A stretch of DNA of 64,000 nt, taken from the NCBI RefSeq assembly GCF_048593235.1, contig NC_133622.1, positions 148,242,001-148,306,000 of the forward strand, given 5' to 3'. The DNA comes from Sminthopsis crassicaudata (lineage: Eukaryota). The translations under genes and the position numbers were made by a program. Shown piece after piece: positions 36,141 to 49,887 of the stretch; position 1 is the stretch's first letter; every line of letters starts with the position of its first letter. The notes under the pieces were generated by a model, which was given only the letters and a program-made list of their open reading frames with translations, searched no databases and was not told the DNA's origin.

Positions 36141-37584
36141 TGGGAACAAAATACCCTTGCTTAATCTCCTCCTACTTAATTCTGGACATAGCTTATTATC
36201 TTTCTACAGCACCTGTTCAAGATATTCATATTTATAGACCCATCTAACTGATTCCTACCTCTCACTAAAATGGAGACCTATTGTTAAAAGGTCACCATAG
36301 CCATTACTAACCATTTTTGTATCTGACTAAAGTGACAACAAATGTTAAAAATCTAATAAGCTGATTAAAGAGGAAAAGCAGGAAAGGAGGCATAGAAGCA
36401 CATCTTACCACAGTCCTAATAATACTTAGTAAATTTTCTACCCTATTGGCCCTGTCCTAGTTATGGCTTTGCAATCAAAACTTACACAAAACTATACTCA
36501 TATTTTCTGTCCTCTGATACAAATAATATCCAATTTGATGCCATAAACTAGGAGAACATAAGCTCCTTGAGATTGGTCACTGGTTTTTTTTTGGGGGGGG
36601 GGTGGGTATGACTGGTGGTCCAGGATACCAGAAGAACTAGGAAGAGTTATAAATTGTCCCCATAATTTTACACCACCAACTGGGACTGTTGTGATCCAGG
36701 AAGTTGTAGTCCAAACCTGTGACAGTTTTGGTTTACTTCACTCCAAGGTAATTTGATCTGGGACTCAATGGAGGACAAGAGGAGTATATAAGAAGTTTTT
36801 AGGACTTTGGCACAGAATTTCTGAGATCCAGGCAGCTTCCCTGCTAAATGCTTTTAAACTCATTAACTGTAGCTCCTATCTTTCTGAATTGCTTTCAAAT
36901 GCCTTGGCTGCTGCTTTATGTAGAAATATTAGAATATGTTTTTAGTAAAATAACTTGATTAGAATCTTCGATGTTCAAATGAGCTTTTAGAGTAACCCAC
37001 TGCATAACTTGCAGTGCTGATCCAGCTACCTGATAGACAGTTAATGATGCTTGTTGATCAGTTGAATGGTTTTTTATTGAAACAAAAATACAGAGATAAT
37101 GAACAAACTAAGTTTTGTTATTTCCTCTATAAACTCCACTGGCAAACTTCCTGCAACCCATGGTTTAAAAGTTTGGGACTGAGGTCAAAGAAATAGTTTT
37201 GTAGAAGAATAGTTTGGTTCTAAGGTTGACAAAAAGGTCTTGTCAATGAAAATTGTATCTTGAGTTTAAAAGATGGACTATGAAGTATATAGGAAGAAGG
37301 TTGGTGAATTTTTTAAAAAGTACTTCTGGCAGGTTTGTTTGTTGAGATAGTTCTGACTTGGAATTTGTATGTGTGTGATGAAGGAAAGAAAATGTATGCT
37401 ATAATCAGGACTCAGGGGTGTTGCCAAGGTTTGAAAATGCACTTTATGATACATTATGAAGTTTAGAGAAGGGGAGACAGATGAAATCATAGCAACAGTA
37501 CTAAAATTTCAGAGATTTTTCCTTTCCTGGTATCCTCCCCAATATTTGCAGTTAAGCAAATGAACACTTCTCTCCACACCCAAA

Positions 37585-37840
37585 TCTCTAAATATTTGTT
37601 GTTGTTCAGGCATTTCAGTCATGTCTGACTCTTCATGACTACATCTGGAGTTTTTTTGGGGGCAAAGATATTGGAGTGGCTTGCCATTTCCTTTTCTAGC
37701 TTATTTTACAGATGAGGAACTGAAGGAAACAGGGATGAGATTTGCATAGGATCACAAAGCTAGCAAGTATCTGAAGCCAGTTTTGAACTCAGGAAAACAT
37801 CTTCCTGACTCTGGGCCCTTATGCTCTATGCCATCTAACT
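37585..37840 (-). mobile_element. MAR1-type CORE-SINE
   Basis: Reverse tail GTTGTTGTTCAGGCATTTCAGTC...TTGCCATTTCC plus reverse core. Confidence 0.85.
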
Positions 37841-39219
37841 GCCCTTAAATTTTTTAAAATCAGTATTTATTTGGATACTTTGTCCAAAAAAATGTATAAT
37901 GCATGCTAATTTGTAGCTAGTAGGGAATGGTTTGAGGAATTCTCAAATCTGTAATTTGTATAATGGTTTATAAAATTACAATAAGGGCAAACATTATCCA
38001 AAATCAATTTTCTGAGTGAACCAGCTGATTTAACATCAGATTTAAGACCACAAAGTAGATAGGACAATCAAACTAGCCAAGATGATCTAAAATAATTCTC
38101 AGTAGAGCCATCACAATTTTTCTTACCACCCACCACGAATACCTTAAATAACTTTCATGGCTTCCTAACTGGCATTTCACTCAACAATAGTTTTATCTTC
38201 TCAGTCAGACTTGCATTTAGGATGTTGGAATGAGCCTAACAAAGTATCTTATTCAAGGTTACAATTTGGGTTAGAGGCATGGCTTAGACAAGAAAGGATT
38301 TAATGATTTATTAATAATCATTATAAATTGTATATTTTCCCTGATTTTAACTAAAGATTTATTTTTAACTCCCTTTACTCTAACTCATTTCCCAAAAATT
38401 CTACCAAAGAAGAGAATAAACTGAAGCCAGATTCAAGATCCTATGAATTTTAGCTCCTGGGAGATTTCAGGTTTTTAATTTCACTCCATGAAATTATTCT
38501 TTGAGGTGACACTTTTTTCTTTACTATATAACTTTTATTGAAAATTTTTTTATTTAGTAGGTATTTATTTTTGTTTCTTTCCTTTTGCTCACCCTTCCCC
38601 CCAAACCAAAATCAAACCCAAATTCCTGCATTGGCCAAGTGTGGTCCCTTTTCTTCCTCCCCTCTCCCCCCCATCAAATATAAGGTGGTTATTTATTTCT
38701 TTTATTAAAAAGAAATTCTTAAAACAATCAGTAATATAACTACAGGTATACTTTTCCAGGAGGTTGATACTAAAAACATTAAAGTATGAAATATTTTGCT
38801 GGATTGTTGAATCAGCAGTTCTTCATCATTAACTCAACTGTACATAATCTCCTCAAGTTCCATGCTTTCTAGTAAGCCAGATCAACAATAAAGCTCCTTC
38901 TCTCTGTACTTGCTATTTCTTCCATGGAGCATTATAGTAATGAGAGGAGGCAACCCTTATGGAGGAGCTAGTACCAACTAAGGGACCAAGAATCTTTTGA
39001 GCTCATAGACTTACAAGGTTGCTTCCAGAAATTGAAAAAAATTATTCATACTAATTGTTTCCACTTCTCACCCTTTTCGTTAGGCAGCAAAGTAAGGCCA
39101 GACAAGAAGCATTTATTAAATATGTGTTATGTGCTGGGTACCATGCAAATACTGAAGACCCAAACCATTTGTGATCTGGAATCTGATTACTTAAGTAATC
39201 TCATTATTTAAGTGAAACT

Positions 39220-40920
39220 GCTCTCTCCAAAGGGACTAATGATTTTCCCCACTTTTTGAAGTACTTTCCTCCCCTATGGCCTCATTTGATTGGTTGGTTC
39301 TTTCAAGAACCTCCAAATATATGTATTTAGATGCCTATATGTACACATTCATATAGTTATGAATAATTCTTGTCCCAGTATTTTCCCTAAGCATCAGTCC
39401 TATATCACCAATTGTCTAATATACATTTCAAAATGAATATTTTTAAGGCATCCTCAATTTTAAATAACTTAAAACTAAATTTATTTTCTTTTTTTCCCAA
39501 ACCAGGCATTCTTCACTTCAGGTTGTGAATTTTTAAAAATATATTTTGAAAACTACATTTCAATATAACTAGTTCTCTTTGTAATCCTATGTATTTTATT
39601 TTTATGCATTTGAATATTATTATGAGGATGCATTCATAGACTTCATCAGATTGCCAGAGAACTTTATAAAACAAAAAAGGCTAAAATCCCTCTCCCCTAA
39701 CCCTTTCTTCTTCCAATCTTCCTTATTCCTGTGGAAGACCATCAGCATTCCAGTGTCTCAGATTCTTAATGTTGGAATCACTCTAGACTCATCTACCTTC
39801 ATGATGCCTCTCACATATGACCTTTCTCTTCATTCATACAGTTATCAGTTCAGTTCAGGCCCTCATCCTTTCTCACTTAGATTATTGTATCAGCCTCCTA
39901 ATTGATTTCCTTGCCTCAAATCTCTCATTATTTTCATCCACCTCTGTATTTCAGTTAAAGTAATTTTCCTTCAGAAGAGATCTGACTTTGTGACTGATGT
40001 TCAACTAACTCCAGTAACTTCCTAGGAAAACAAACTTTCTTTTGTTTAGCTTTTAAAATTCTATACAACCTGTTCTCAACCTATCTTTCCAGCCTCATTG
40101 GACATCATTCTCTTTCCCATATTCTCTGATCCAGCAAAATTGACTTCTATTAATCTTCATGAGACTTCATGCCCATACATTGAATATTCACTCCTCACTT
40201 CTGTCTTAGAGGAATTTTCTCTTTTAAAGATGCAGTTCAACTACCATATTCTTCATGAAGCTTTTCTTGATCCTGCCCCAAACACTAGAATGCTCCATCC
40301 CAAACTACCATGATTCCCCTCCAGACTACATCGTTCACTTATCTCCCACAGGACTTTCTTCGCCATGTCATAGAAACCTTGTCACCCTGGAAGCTCTGTC
40401 TCTAGTCCTGGACTACTTCTAACATTGGAAGTATATCTCATCTGATAATTGGCTGATTCCTTCCAGATTCTCTAGTTTAAGGAGGAAGCCCAATCAAAGA
40501 TAACTTCCTTTCTGATCAGGTTACATTGTTGACTCATTTCCATTGGACTTTCTCTACCATATCCTGTCCCCAGTACTTTTTTCCTTACCTCTTATTTAGC
40601 TCTACCTAGTTCCCAAACACTTAATTTCAGTATGCTATTTTCTCTCTCTGTCTGTCTGTTGTCTGTCTGTCTCTATCTCTGTTTTTCTGTTTCTTTGTGT
40701 CTGTCTTTCTGTCTCTGTGTCCACGTCTGCCTGCTGCTGTCTGTCTCTGTCTCTGTCTGTCTCTATCTGTATTTCGGTCTGTCTCTCTTTTACTTTCTCT
40801 CTCTATTTCTCTTCCAGAATGTAAGCTCCTTGAGGTCAAGGAATATTTTTCTGTTTCTATTAATATTTCCAGGACTTATCATAAGCACAAACACCCCCCC
40901 CAATAAATGCTTGTTGACTT
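39220..40920 (+). mobile_element. L2 (fragmented), tail at 40810-40920
   Basis: Pyrimidine-rich sense L2 (AAACTGCTCTCTCCAAAG...; GAATGTAAGCTCCTTGAGGTCAAGGA...AATAAATGCTTGTTGA). Confidence 0.6.
40640..40810. repeat. (TCTG)/(TC) low-complexity tract
   Basis: Direct inspection. Explains the spurious ORFs at 40627-41051. Confidence 0.9.
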
Positions 40921-41046
40921 ATTTGTATCTAGCTAATTTGTTTACATTTGTATTTATTAACTTTATATTTATGCTCTATCTCTGTATCTATAAATTTGTG
41001 GTCTCTATAAGAATTAAGCTTATTGATAATGAGGAGTATTACATGC

Positions 41047-41550
41047 TGTGAGAAATGGTTATTAATAACCAAAAATTTTGAAGGAGATTCAGAGTTTTTC
41101 CCTTTTTCTAAAATCATTTAAAAGTTCATTTTGAAAGACATTACTCATAATGAGATTGCATTGACTCTTCCCACTTTTGTTAGACCCTACCCAATATGGC
41201 AAGGAATTCAATCTAGGGTAAGAAAGTCCTTTTTGTTCTGCTCAGGCTTGGGTGAAGTATACATTCTTTGAATCGATAACCCAAAATTATAAGTGGTTTG
41301 GTATACAGGTATTTCCCCATCCAAGAAATAATCAGCCCTTCATTTTACCACAGCTTACTTCCAATCATTTTGACCAATTAGATTTGATTGCTATTTTGTA
41401 GACTATTGTTTTGAAAGGTATATAAATTGTGAATCTATTGCCATGACTGTCTTTGGTCTAAGAGAAACAACTGAATTTCTTTTATGAATAACTGGCTGGC
41501 CTTATTAATAAAATGATCAATTATCTAGAAATCTATTTTTAAATGTCACA
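41047..41550 (+). mobile_element. Solo LTR
   Basis: TGTGAG...GTCACA termini, TATATAAA at ~41420, and AATAAA at ~41507 followed by a short U5. TSD not clear. Confidence 0.65.
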
Positions 41551-41859
41551 ATTATTTATATTTACAATGTCATTGCCTAATACATAGTAGGCATTTAATA
41601 AATACTAAATGATTGGTTGATGGTGTGGTGTATGTTCACAGAAGACTAGTAGCTTTGGAGTGAGGGCTGCTGAACCCACCTTTGGTGTACACCTATTCCA
41701 CCTAACTTTTACCTGTGACTTTAAGGGGGATGCACAGTGGAACACCTACTAAATTGCTTCAGCATATGGGCTAAATCAAATTGAGGGTAACTGAAGGGTT
41801 TCAGATCTGTTGGTGAGTTAGGGGAGTGACTATTCCAAGTATGTGAAGATTTCCCTTGA

Positions 41860-42570
41860 TGGGAATGGGTAGACAAGAACAATTTGTTCCAAGACAACGA
41901 AGGAGGCTGAAGTGGGCACTGTGGAACATGTAGATCTTGGTTAGACATTAAAGATACCAAGGTAATTTATTCCATCTTGAGCCAGCACCAGTCATCTTGA
42001 CTGTCCTTCCATAGGAGAGTGATAACTCTGGAAGAGAGAGTAAGGCTGATGATTGTACAACTCTGCCTCACTTAAATACAATTTATACATTAATCAAAAG
42101 ACATCACCCATGCTATTTTACTTTTTCTTCCTATCTCAAAATCCTGCCATGACAGGCAAGTGATGAAGCAGCAGGTGCAGATACACTGGGAGCTGTAGTT
42201 ACAACTCTGCACACAGGCTATAGTGTTGTCTTCTCAATGGAAACAACAATGGTATTTAACAGCACCCTGGGTGTCTGAGCAGCCTTTTAAGAATTACACT
42301 ACTTACCTCCTGGTATGAGGAAGGAGCTAGAAAAAGTGCCCAAAAATTGTCTGCTTGCTCAACTATGACCTGATTACTGCAGCATGCAGGGATTCCATTC
42401 TGTAGTTGAAAGACCAAAAAAATATACAAAAACTTTCACAAAGGTGATTGCACTCACCATCAGCGTGTGGAATGCATGAACACTTAAATACAACACAAAA
42501 TCCAGTAGGCTGAAAGAGGAATAGTTTTTGGAAGACTCAGCAGGTATTGAATCCAAATAGCAACCCTGAG
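41860..42570 (+). mobile_element. RTE LINE 5' end (5' UTR + start of AP-endonuclease)
   Basis: Ends with degenerate IALTISVWNA*TLKYNTKSSRLK...IQIATLSE, equivalent to the RTE WNVRTL / IAALSE motifs. Confidence 0.8.
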
Positions 42571-42609
42571 TGAAATTGTCTATAAAATTCCATCCTACCC
42601 CCAATTTTC

Positions 42610-42940
42610 TACTTTCCTTCTGAACTTGCCGTCCTTTGCTTTATTTGTACAAACCCTTTTTAACTTATGTAATGTAAATTATCCATTTTGTATCTAACTT
42701 TTTTCTTTTACTTTTTACACATTAATTATTTGCTTATCCATAAATCTGGTAAGTGTCCTATCTCAGGGAGTGGGGGAGAGATGAAAAAGAAAAAAAAAGA
42801 AATTTACATAATAACTTTATGATATATTTAAAAGAAATAACAAATTGCACATAATTTGTAGTTTTGCATACAATCATCCATTTTATTATACTGTGTTATG
42901 GAAATGCTTGTTTTATTTCATAAATTAAAAATAAAATTAA
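42610..42940 (+). mobile_element. Old L1 3' UTR fragment
   Basis: Similar to 7225-7445. Ends in an A-rich tail. Confidence 0.55.
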
Positions 42941-43394
42941 TTAATGTGAAAACAAATGTCCATCTCAGGATTGATGTTGAACCATTTCTGTTAGAATAAA
43001 AAAAAAAAAAAAAAGAAAGCTGAAGCGTCTGGAGGGGTTCAGTTTCCTAGTTCAGCGGAGCTCTTACTTTAATTGCCATATGTAAGAAGTGATCATTTCT
43101 GTCAAGGGTAGGGTGTTTGACTCTCATCTATTCTGGAAAGTCCCAGAGAGATTATTACTTGATAGATCCTCCAGATAAAGCAAAAGAGCTAGATCACATC
43201 ACCTTTTACATTACTCATCAAATTGAAAGTCATAAAATCTATAGGCTATGATTCTTTTTTTCCTCTTTTTCCATCACATTTAGTTTCTCCTCAAGTGTTG
43301 TTATATTTTTCTTCATAATGTCTCTTTATTTCATTGGTTTCATAGACTTCTATCTTATCTTCTTGCTTTCAGTATTGTTCTTCTCTAAGCCATC

Positions 43395-43625
43395 AGATGG
43401 GTAGCACAGTGGACAGAGTGATGGGTCTGGAGTCAGGAGAGCTTCCATTCAAATCTGACCTCAATTACTAGATATGTGACTCTGGGTAAGTCACTTGACT
43501 CTGTTTGCCTTAGTTTTCTCTTCTATAAAAAATGAGCTGAAAAAGGAAATGAGAAAAAACTCTAGTATCTTTGCCAACAAAACTTCAAGTGGGGTCATGA
43601 AAGTTGTTTATGACTAATCAACAAA
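43395..43625 (+). mobile_element. MAR1-type CORE-SINE
   Basis: Head, core and tail present. Confidence 0.8.
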
Positions 43626-43689
43626 ATAGCAATAATCTATCATATACAGATTCAAACATCATACATAATCATCTCTAAAACATTACTTC

Positions 43690-44560
43690 CTAGCTTAAAA
43701 GTCAATGGCTCATTCACCAACTGATAAATGGTCAAAGGATGTAAATAGACAATTTTCAGAAGAAATTAAAATCATCTATGTAACAGGGAAAAATGTTTTA
43801 CACCACTTAATGATTGGAGAAATATAAACCAAAATAACTTAGGTATCATCTTCCACCTATCATTGGCTAAGATAACAGAAAACAATACTAATAAATATGG
43901 AAGGGCATGTGGGAAAATTGGGACATTAATTAATTATTGGTGGTGTGAAATGATCCACCTATCCCAGATAACATTTGAAACTGTGCATAAAAGACTATAA
44001 AACTTTGATCCACCAGTGCCACTATTGGATCTGTATCCCAAAGAAATCATAAAAGAGGGAAAAGGACTCACATATGCCAAAAATATTTGTAACAGTTCTT
44101 TTTGAATTGGCAAAGGATTGGAAAATGAGAAGATGTCCATTAATTGGGTAATGGCTGAATAAGTTGTGGTATATGGAAATAATGGACTATTTTTGCTCTG
44201 TAAAAATGATAAACTGGCTGATTTTAGAAAGGCCTGGAAAGATTTACATAAACCGATGCTGAATGAAGCAAGCAGAAGCAGGAAAACATATATAGCAACA
44301 GCCAAATTATGTGATGATCAACCATGATAGACTTGGTTCTTCTCAACAGTTCAGTGATCCAAGGCAATTCCACTAAACTTTGAATGGAAAATGCCATCCA
44401 CATCCAAAAAGGGAATTATGGAGATTGAATGTAGATCAACACATTATTTTCACCTTTTTTTCTTCTTGTAGAATTTTCCCCTTTGATTCTGATTTTTTCT
44501 CTCCCAACATGATTCATGTGGAAATAGGTAAAAAAAATTACATGTACATGTATAAAAATG
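43690..44560 (+). mobile_element. L1 3' portion (ORF2 C-terminus + 3' UTR)
   Basis: Colinear with 62820-63700 (DKWSKD.NRQFS...LLDLYPKEIIKEGKG). Confidence 0.85.
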
Positions 44561-46099
44561 TTTTTGATGTAACTTTGGGGGAAAAAAATCAATGACTTCT
44601 CATCAACCTTAGGAAAAAAACTAAACCCATTAGCTTCGGTTTTAAGGGACATTTGTTTTTACTTTTCTGTCCACACTTATTCCCCATTATTCCTTCATGT
44701 GAATATTCTATTTTGGCTCAGTTGGTGTATTCTTTTTCTCTAGACATGTCACAGGTATTTGCTTATGTAGTCCTCCTGGGTTAGGAGTGTTCTTCCTCTG
44801 GTCTTTCATTATCTTTCAGCATCTAGGTCAAGTCCTACCTCCCCCACAAACCCCATCTACAGCTCTCTCTTTTCTGAGCTCTTGTGGAACTTCCTGCCTC
44901 TACCATTTATTTTATATGTAATATGTATCCTGTATTGTTGAAAGGCAATATGAGGGTTTGGAGTCTGAAAGATCTGGGCTGAAATTCTTCCTCTAACACT
45001 GGCAGGCTGTTTGACTCTGGGCTAGTCATTTAATCTCTGGGTACCCCAGGGAATTCTGTAAGATGCAGAATTGAAGCTGGTTTCTGCTCTTTCTTGACAC
45101 TAATAATGGGAGTTTCTATTGTATTGTAATGTCATCTGAAATAGATATACAGATATTGAGAGTTTTTAGAGCGAGGACTATATCTGAAACTACAGGATAG
45201 GATAAAGTGTATTGGATACAGAGTTTGAAGATCAGAGTTCTAATCTTTGCTCTGCTACCTGGGACTCTGATGACCATAGATGACTCTGCACTTACTAGAC
45301 ATAGTAAGTCTCTTACTCTTACCTCTTTAGGGTATGCACAAAACACCAGGGTGAATGCAAGTGAATTCCCTTTGTAGTGGTTATCATTGACACAGAATGA
45401 TTAACCTTTTATATCCTCTTCAGCTAAACACAAAAGCACCTCATGGCTATATACTATAGTATTCAAAACATTTCCTCACAAGTACAAACCCTATTTTACA
45501 GATGAATAAATCATCTTAAGGTGGTGATTTATCCACAACAGCATGTCTAGTAACTATCAGGGCAAAGATTTGAACTCATTTCTTGATTCTTTTCAATCTA
45601 TAATGTTACTTAAGAATTCATAATGCAATAAAATAATTAAAAGCAAAAAAAAAACAAAACCAAAATGAACAGTTATATTAAAATAACACAATAAGATTAA
45701 TAATAATAATAAAATTCTGTGGGAGCAAGAACTGTTTTCCATTTTTGTATCGCTAGGTTTGAGCGTAGTGAACGCCTTGGACTTTTTTTTTTCCCTTTGG
45801 TTGGAAGTTGCTTTGGCTGGTAGGGTTCATAAAACAGCAAATCACCTTTCACTTTTTGTCTTAAAGAGTTGTCTGGAACATGGATATAAATGGCAATACA
45901 ATTATGTATACAGGATATAGCAGCCACAGACAGAATATGAACCCAGGTTTTGCCATCCCTCTGTCCACTCTATTACATTGCTTTTCACTTTTTACTAAAT
46001 AGATGTTTAACAAATGTTTGTTAATTTGAATTGATTTTAACATTAGATCACTGAGATACTGCAAGTACCTACAATAGCTAAGTTATATTGCTTCTGTTG

Positions 46100-46237
46100 A
46101 TATATTTCCTTCCTTTTTTCCTCTCTCCCTTCCTCTCTTTATTTTTCCCTTTCTCCCTCTCCCTCCCTTCTTTCCTTCTCCCTCTCTCCCTCCCTCCCTT
46201 CCTCTTTCCTTCCTTCTTTCCTTCTCTTCTTCTTCCC
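46100..46237. repeat. Polypyrimidine (CT-rich) tract abutting a gap
   Basis: Direct inspection. Confidence 0.9.
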
Positions 46238-46475
46238 NNNNNNNNNNNNNNNNNNNNNNNNNNNNNNNNNNNNNNNNNNNNNNNNNNNNNNNNNNNNNNN
46301 NNNNNNNNNNNNNNNNNNNNNNNNNNNNNNNNNNNNNNNNNNNNNNNNNNNNNNNNNNNNNNNNNNNNNNNNNNNNNNNNNNNNNNNNNNNNNNNNNNNN
46401 NNNNNNNNNNNNNNNNNNNNNNNNNNNNNNNNNNNNNNNNNNNNNNNNNNNNNNNNNNNNNNNNNNNNNNNNNNN
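46238..46475. other. Assembly gap (238 N)
   Basis: Run of N. Confidence 1.
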
Positions 46476-46789
46476 ATTGGGCTTAAATGACTTGTTCAGA
46501 ATCAGACAACTAGTGAGTATATGAGGTTAAATTTGAAATCATGTGGGTTTTCCTGACTCTAGGCTTCGTACTCTATTTATTGCACCACCTAATCGCCATG
46601 TTGATGAAGTAGTATGAAGTAGTAGAGGTAAAGTATCAAAAACATTCAACTTGGGAGAACCAAGTTCAAATCATGATACCAATGCTTATTACTACCACCT
46701 GTCACCTTGGGCAAGGCATTTAACCTCTAATAGCAAATAAAACTCATATACCTACCTCCCAAGATTTTTCTTTTTCATATTAAATTAAA

Positions 46790-46990
46790 AAATATTTTGA
46801 ACTTAAATACATAAAGACAAAAAGGAGAACATGTCCATGTATATAGCACAACCTAAAAAGAAGACTCATTATAAACCCACAAATTTATATTTCACAATGT
46901 TTACTTTTTTTTGGAAAAAAATTAAGATTATATATTAGTTATTTTTCAAAACCACTGTTTTTCTGTGCTTCCTTCTTTATTTTCTATTAC
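46790..46990 (-). mobile_element. Old L1 3' tail fragment
   Basis: Reverse L1 3'-end composition with a T-rich tail. Confidence 0.4.
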
Positions 46991-47499
46991 TTTTTACTGT
47001 GTAAATATATTTTATATATTTTTTAATATGTATTTTATATATTTTTTTTCCTTATGTGGGCCAGGATTTTAATGAGAGAAGTGCTTTACAAATCTTAAAA
47101 GTGATTTGCATACAGTTTCTAGTTCTTAAATGAATAGTTAGAACACTTTCTTTTTATTGTACCATCTAAAGTTACACAAAGCAAAAGTATATGTGTTTTA
47201 ATTGAGAAATGAAGGGTTTTGGTCCTCACGCCCTCCATCTTTAGCTGGTTTGTAACTCTCACTAATGCTGCAGAGAATGAGGTTTAAAGACAGTGAGTGG
47301 CTAAAAGAAAAAGTGAGAAAGGTTAAGAATAGAAAAATAGGCAAAGTTTTCTAATGAGCCAATAATGTGCCTTAAAGGAAATTTAATAATTGTTGAAATT
47401 GTTCATTGTCATCTGAACAGATCAAAATCATGTGCAAACTCTATAGGCAAGAAGCATTATAAAAATGCAAATACAGGTGCATTTCTAAAGAACTTCTGA

Positions 47500-47950
47500 C
47501 TCTTCCTGATCCCATTTGGGGTTTTCTTAGCAAAAATACTGGAGTACTTTGTTATTTCCTTCTCCAGCTCATTTCACAGATAAAAAAACTGAGATAAACA
47601 GTTAAGTGACTTTCCTAGTCACATAGCTAGTAAATGTCTGAAGCCAACTTTGAACTCAGTAAGGTAAGTCTTTCTAACTCTAAGCCTGACACTTTATTCA
47701 CTCTGCCACCTAACTATTTTAAAAAGAGCCTATTATATGTCAAACACTTGACACATATTACTTCATTTGATCCTTACAACAACCCTTGGGGGTAGGTACT
47801 AGTATCATCTCCATTTTACAGAGGAGGAAACTGAGCCAAACAGCAGTTAAGTGACCTGCCCAGGGCCACAAAGCTACGAAGATTCTGAGACTGGAATTGA
47901 AGTCAGGTCTTTCTGATATTCAGGCTAGTTAGTGCTCTCTCCATATGCCA
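47500..47950 (-). mobile_element. Tandem MAR1-type and MIR-type SINEs
   Basis: Two reverse CORE-SINEs at ~47500-47715 and ~47720-47950. Confidence 0.75.
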
Positions 47951-48403
47951 CCTGCATCTGCTGGCTCCCTGTGACTTGTGACATGCAGGTTGAAGGAGAC
48001 ATTGTGAAAACCTTGACGAACTGATTGGACTAAGATTTTGAGCTTATTTTTGAAAAAAGACACCACTGGAGCTTATCTTAATGCTGTCTCCTTGCAAAAA
48101 CAAATAAAACAAACAAACCCCATTATTGTAATACCCAAAAGAGGTTACAAATGGAACATACATTTTGTTAATCCATAAACTCACAAATTAGTGGAATACT
48201 TCAGGGTACAATTGATACCATTTACAATGCCAACAAAATGAGGGGGTGGGTGGGAAATACTTAGGAACTATGTATCCCAAAGCAATGGTACCATAGAATA
48301 TTCAGAAGTTATTTGTCTATTATTGTTATTTTTTTTTACTTAAAAAGTAATTCACAATTACAAGAAAGACAAACAAATAGAAAATTAAAAATATATGATG
48401 CTT

Positions 48404-48409
48404 TTTATT
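48404..48409 (-). terminator. Distal polyadenylation signal AATAAA of DDIT4L
   Basis: Plus-strand TTTATT. On the minus strand it is followed after ~20 nt by a strongly U/GU-rich tract (TTTTTAATTTTCTATTTGTTTGTCTTTCTTGT). Confidence 0.65.
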
Positions 48410-48819
48410 GTCAAAAATAGACAAACTTAAATTTCCTTTAACAGGAATATTAATTTAAGAACCTCCATGAATTGTCAACATCTTGCAAGCTGGGAAGACA
48501 CAAGTGAAACCAGCAGCTGTTAATGGAATAAAAACTTCATATCCATGTTGTCAACAGGGACTCTTGACCCGTCATACTTAGAGAGATACAGTATTCATTA
48601 AGCCACAAGCAATAACAGATATGATTGCAATAGTCTAATTCCCAGACACCATATATATTGGATTTGGTAAAATCCTGCCTAATCGCTAAGGAACTAGTTA
48701 CAGTTTATGACAGTTGTGGAACAAGATAATGGATCATAGACATTTTTTGAGTAACATTATACTTGTGCTAGGACTCCTGCCTCAGCTATGGCTGTAGCAA
48801 TCATATTAGTTGTGTCCAC

Positions 48820-49018
48820 CTTTTTGTGACCCCATTTAGGTTTTTATTGGCAAAGATACTGGAATGGTTTGCCATTTCCTCGTCCAGCCAATTTTGCAGA
48901 TGAGGAAACAGAGGCAAATAGGGTCACTGTGCTTGTAAGTGTCTGAGATCAAATTTGAACTCAAATATTCCTGAATCTAGGCTCAGTACTCTGTCCACTG
49001 TGCCACCTAGCTGCCCTA
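48820..49018 (-). mobile_element. MAR1-type CORE-SINE in DDIT4L 3' UTR (sense to mRNA)
   Basis: Ends CTGTGCCACCTAGCTGCCC, the reverse of the SINE head. Confidence 0.85.
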
Positions 49019-49887
49019 AATTTGTTGTGCAAAAGTAGATAAATGAACTCTTGTTATCTCTACTTGCAAAATCACCTGAAGGCTTTGAACACAGAAAACA
49101 ACTGGAAATTATCATACTTAGACCAAAGTTCTCATTACTATATACAGTGAGAAAACTGGCTAATGATCCTTTATTCTTAAAGAGGACCAATAATCAGGTC
49201 TTCTTCATGAACGATAGGGGACAGAATTGGCCTAGAGTTCAGGCCATGGGACAATTAAAAACAAAAAGATTGAGGTATTTGTCTGAATTATCCAAACTCT
49301 TGTTAGCATTCTTGACTCTAAAACAAAACAAGTCTCCATAGTCAATAGCGACTTCATGTGAATATGTTTAGTCCGATAACTAGAATAGTAGCCAATAAGC
49401 AGTTATTATGCAGTTAATATTTAGAAGGCTTATGGGAGCAAAAAAGGGAATGCTCAGAAACAATTATTTCCATATTTTCCTGTAGAGAAGTAGTGAAGGT
49501 CAGAGAAATTAAGAGATACCACCAAAGTGAGAAGGTGATCTAGGATGAAGCCCAAGAAATATTGAAAAGAAGCTAAATAGCCAAGCCTGCCAAATAATTC
49601 TTTGAGCCAAGGAGAAGGATTAAATCTAATGGTTTGGAAAAGGCTTGGTTAAGTTAAAGGACCACCAAGATTGGATTAGATAATGTCTTCCTGAAATAGT
49701 TTCTAAAATCCATCACCATTATAGCCACAGATGTGCAATTTGGCATTATGGTTTTGTAAGGCAATATGGTTTTCTTTGTTTGTGCTTGAAGAAGAGCTAA
49801 TCCTAGGATCATAGATCTTAGATCATAGAGGGTATCCAGTCCAACCACTTCACTGTTTTAGGGGAGGAAGCATGGTCTATTATTATT

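Noticed and set aside
40627-41051. Overlapping ORFs of 69-139 aa
   Set aside because: Translations of a TCTG/TC low-complexity tract and an L2 tail.
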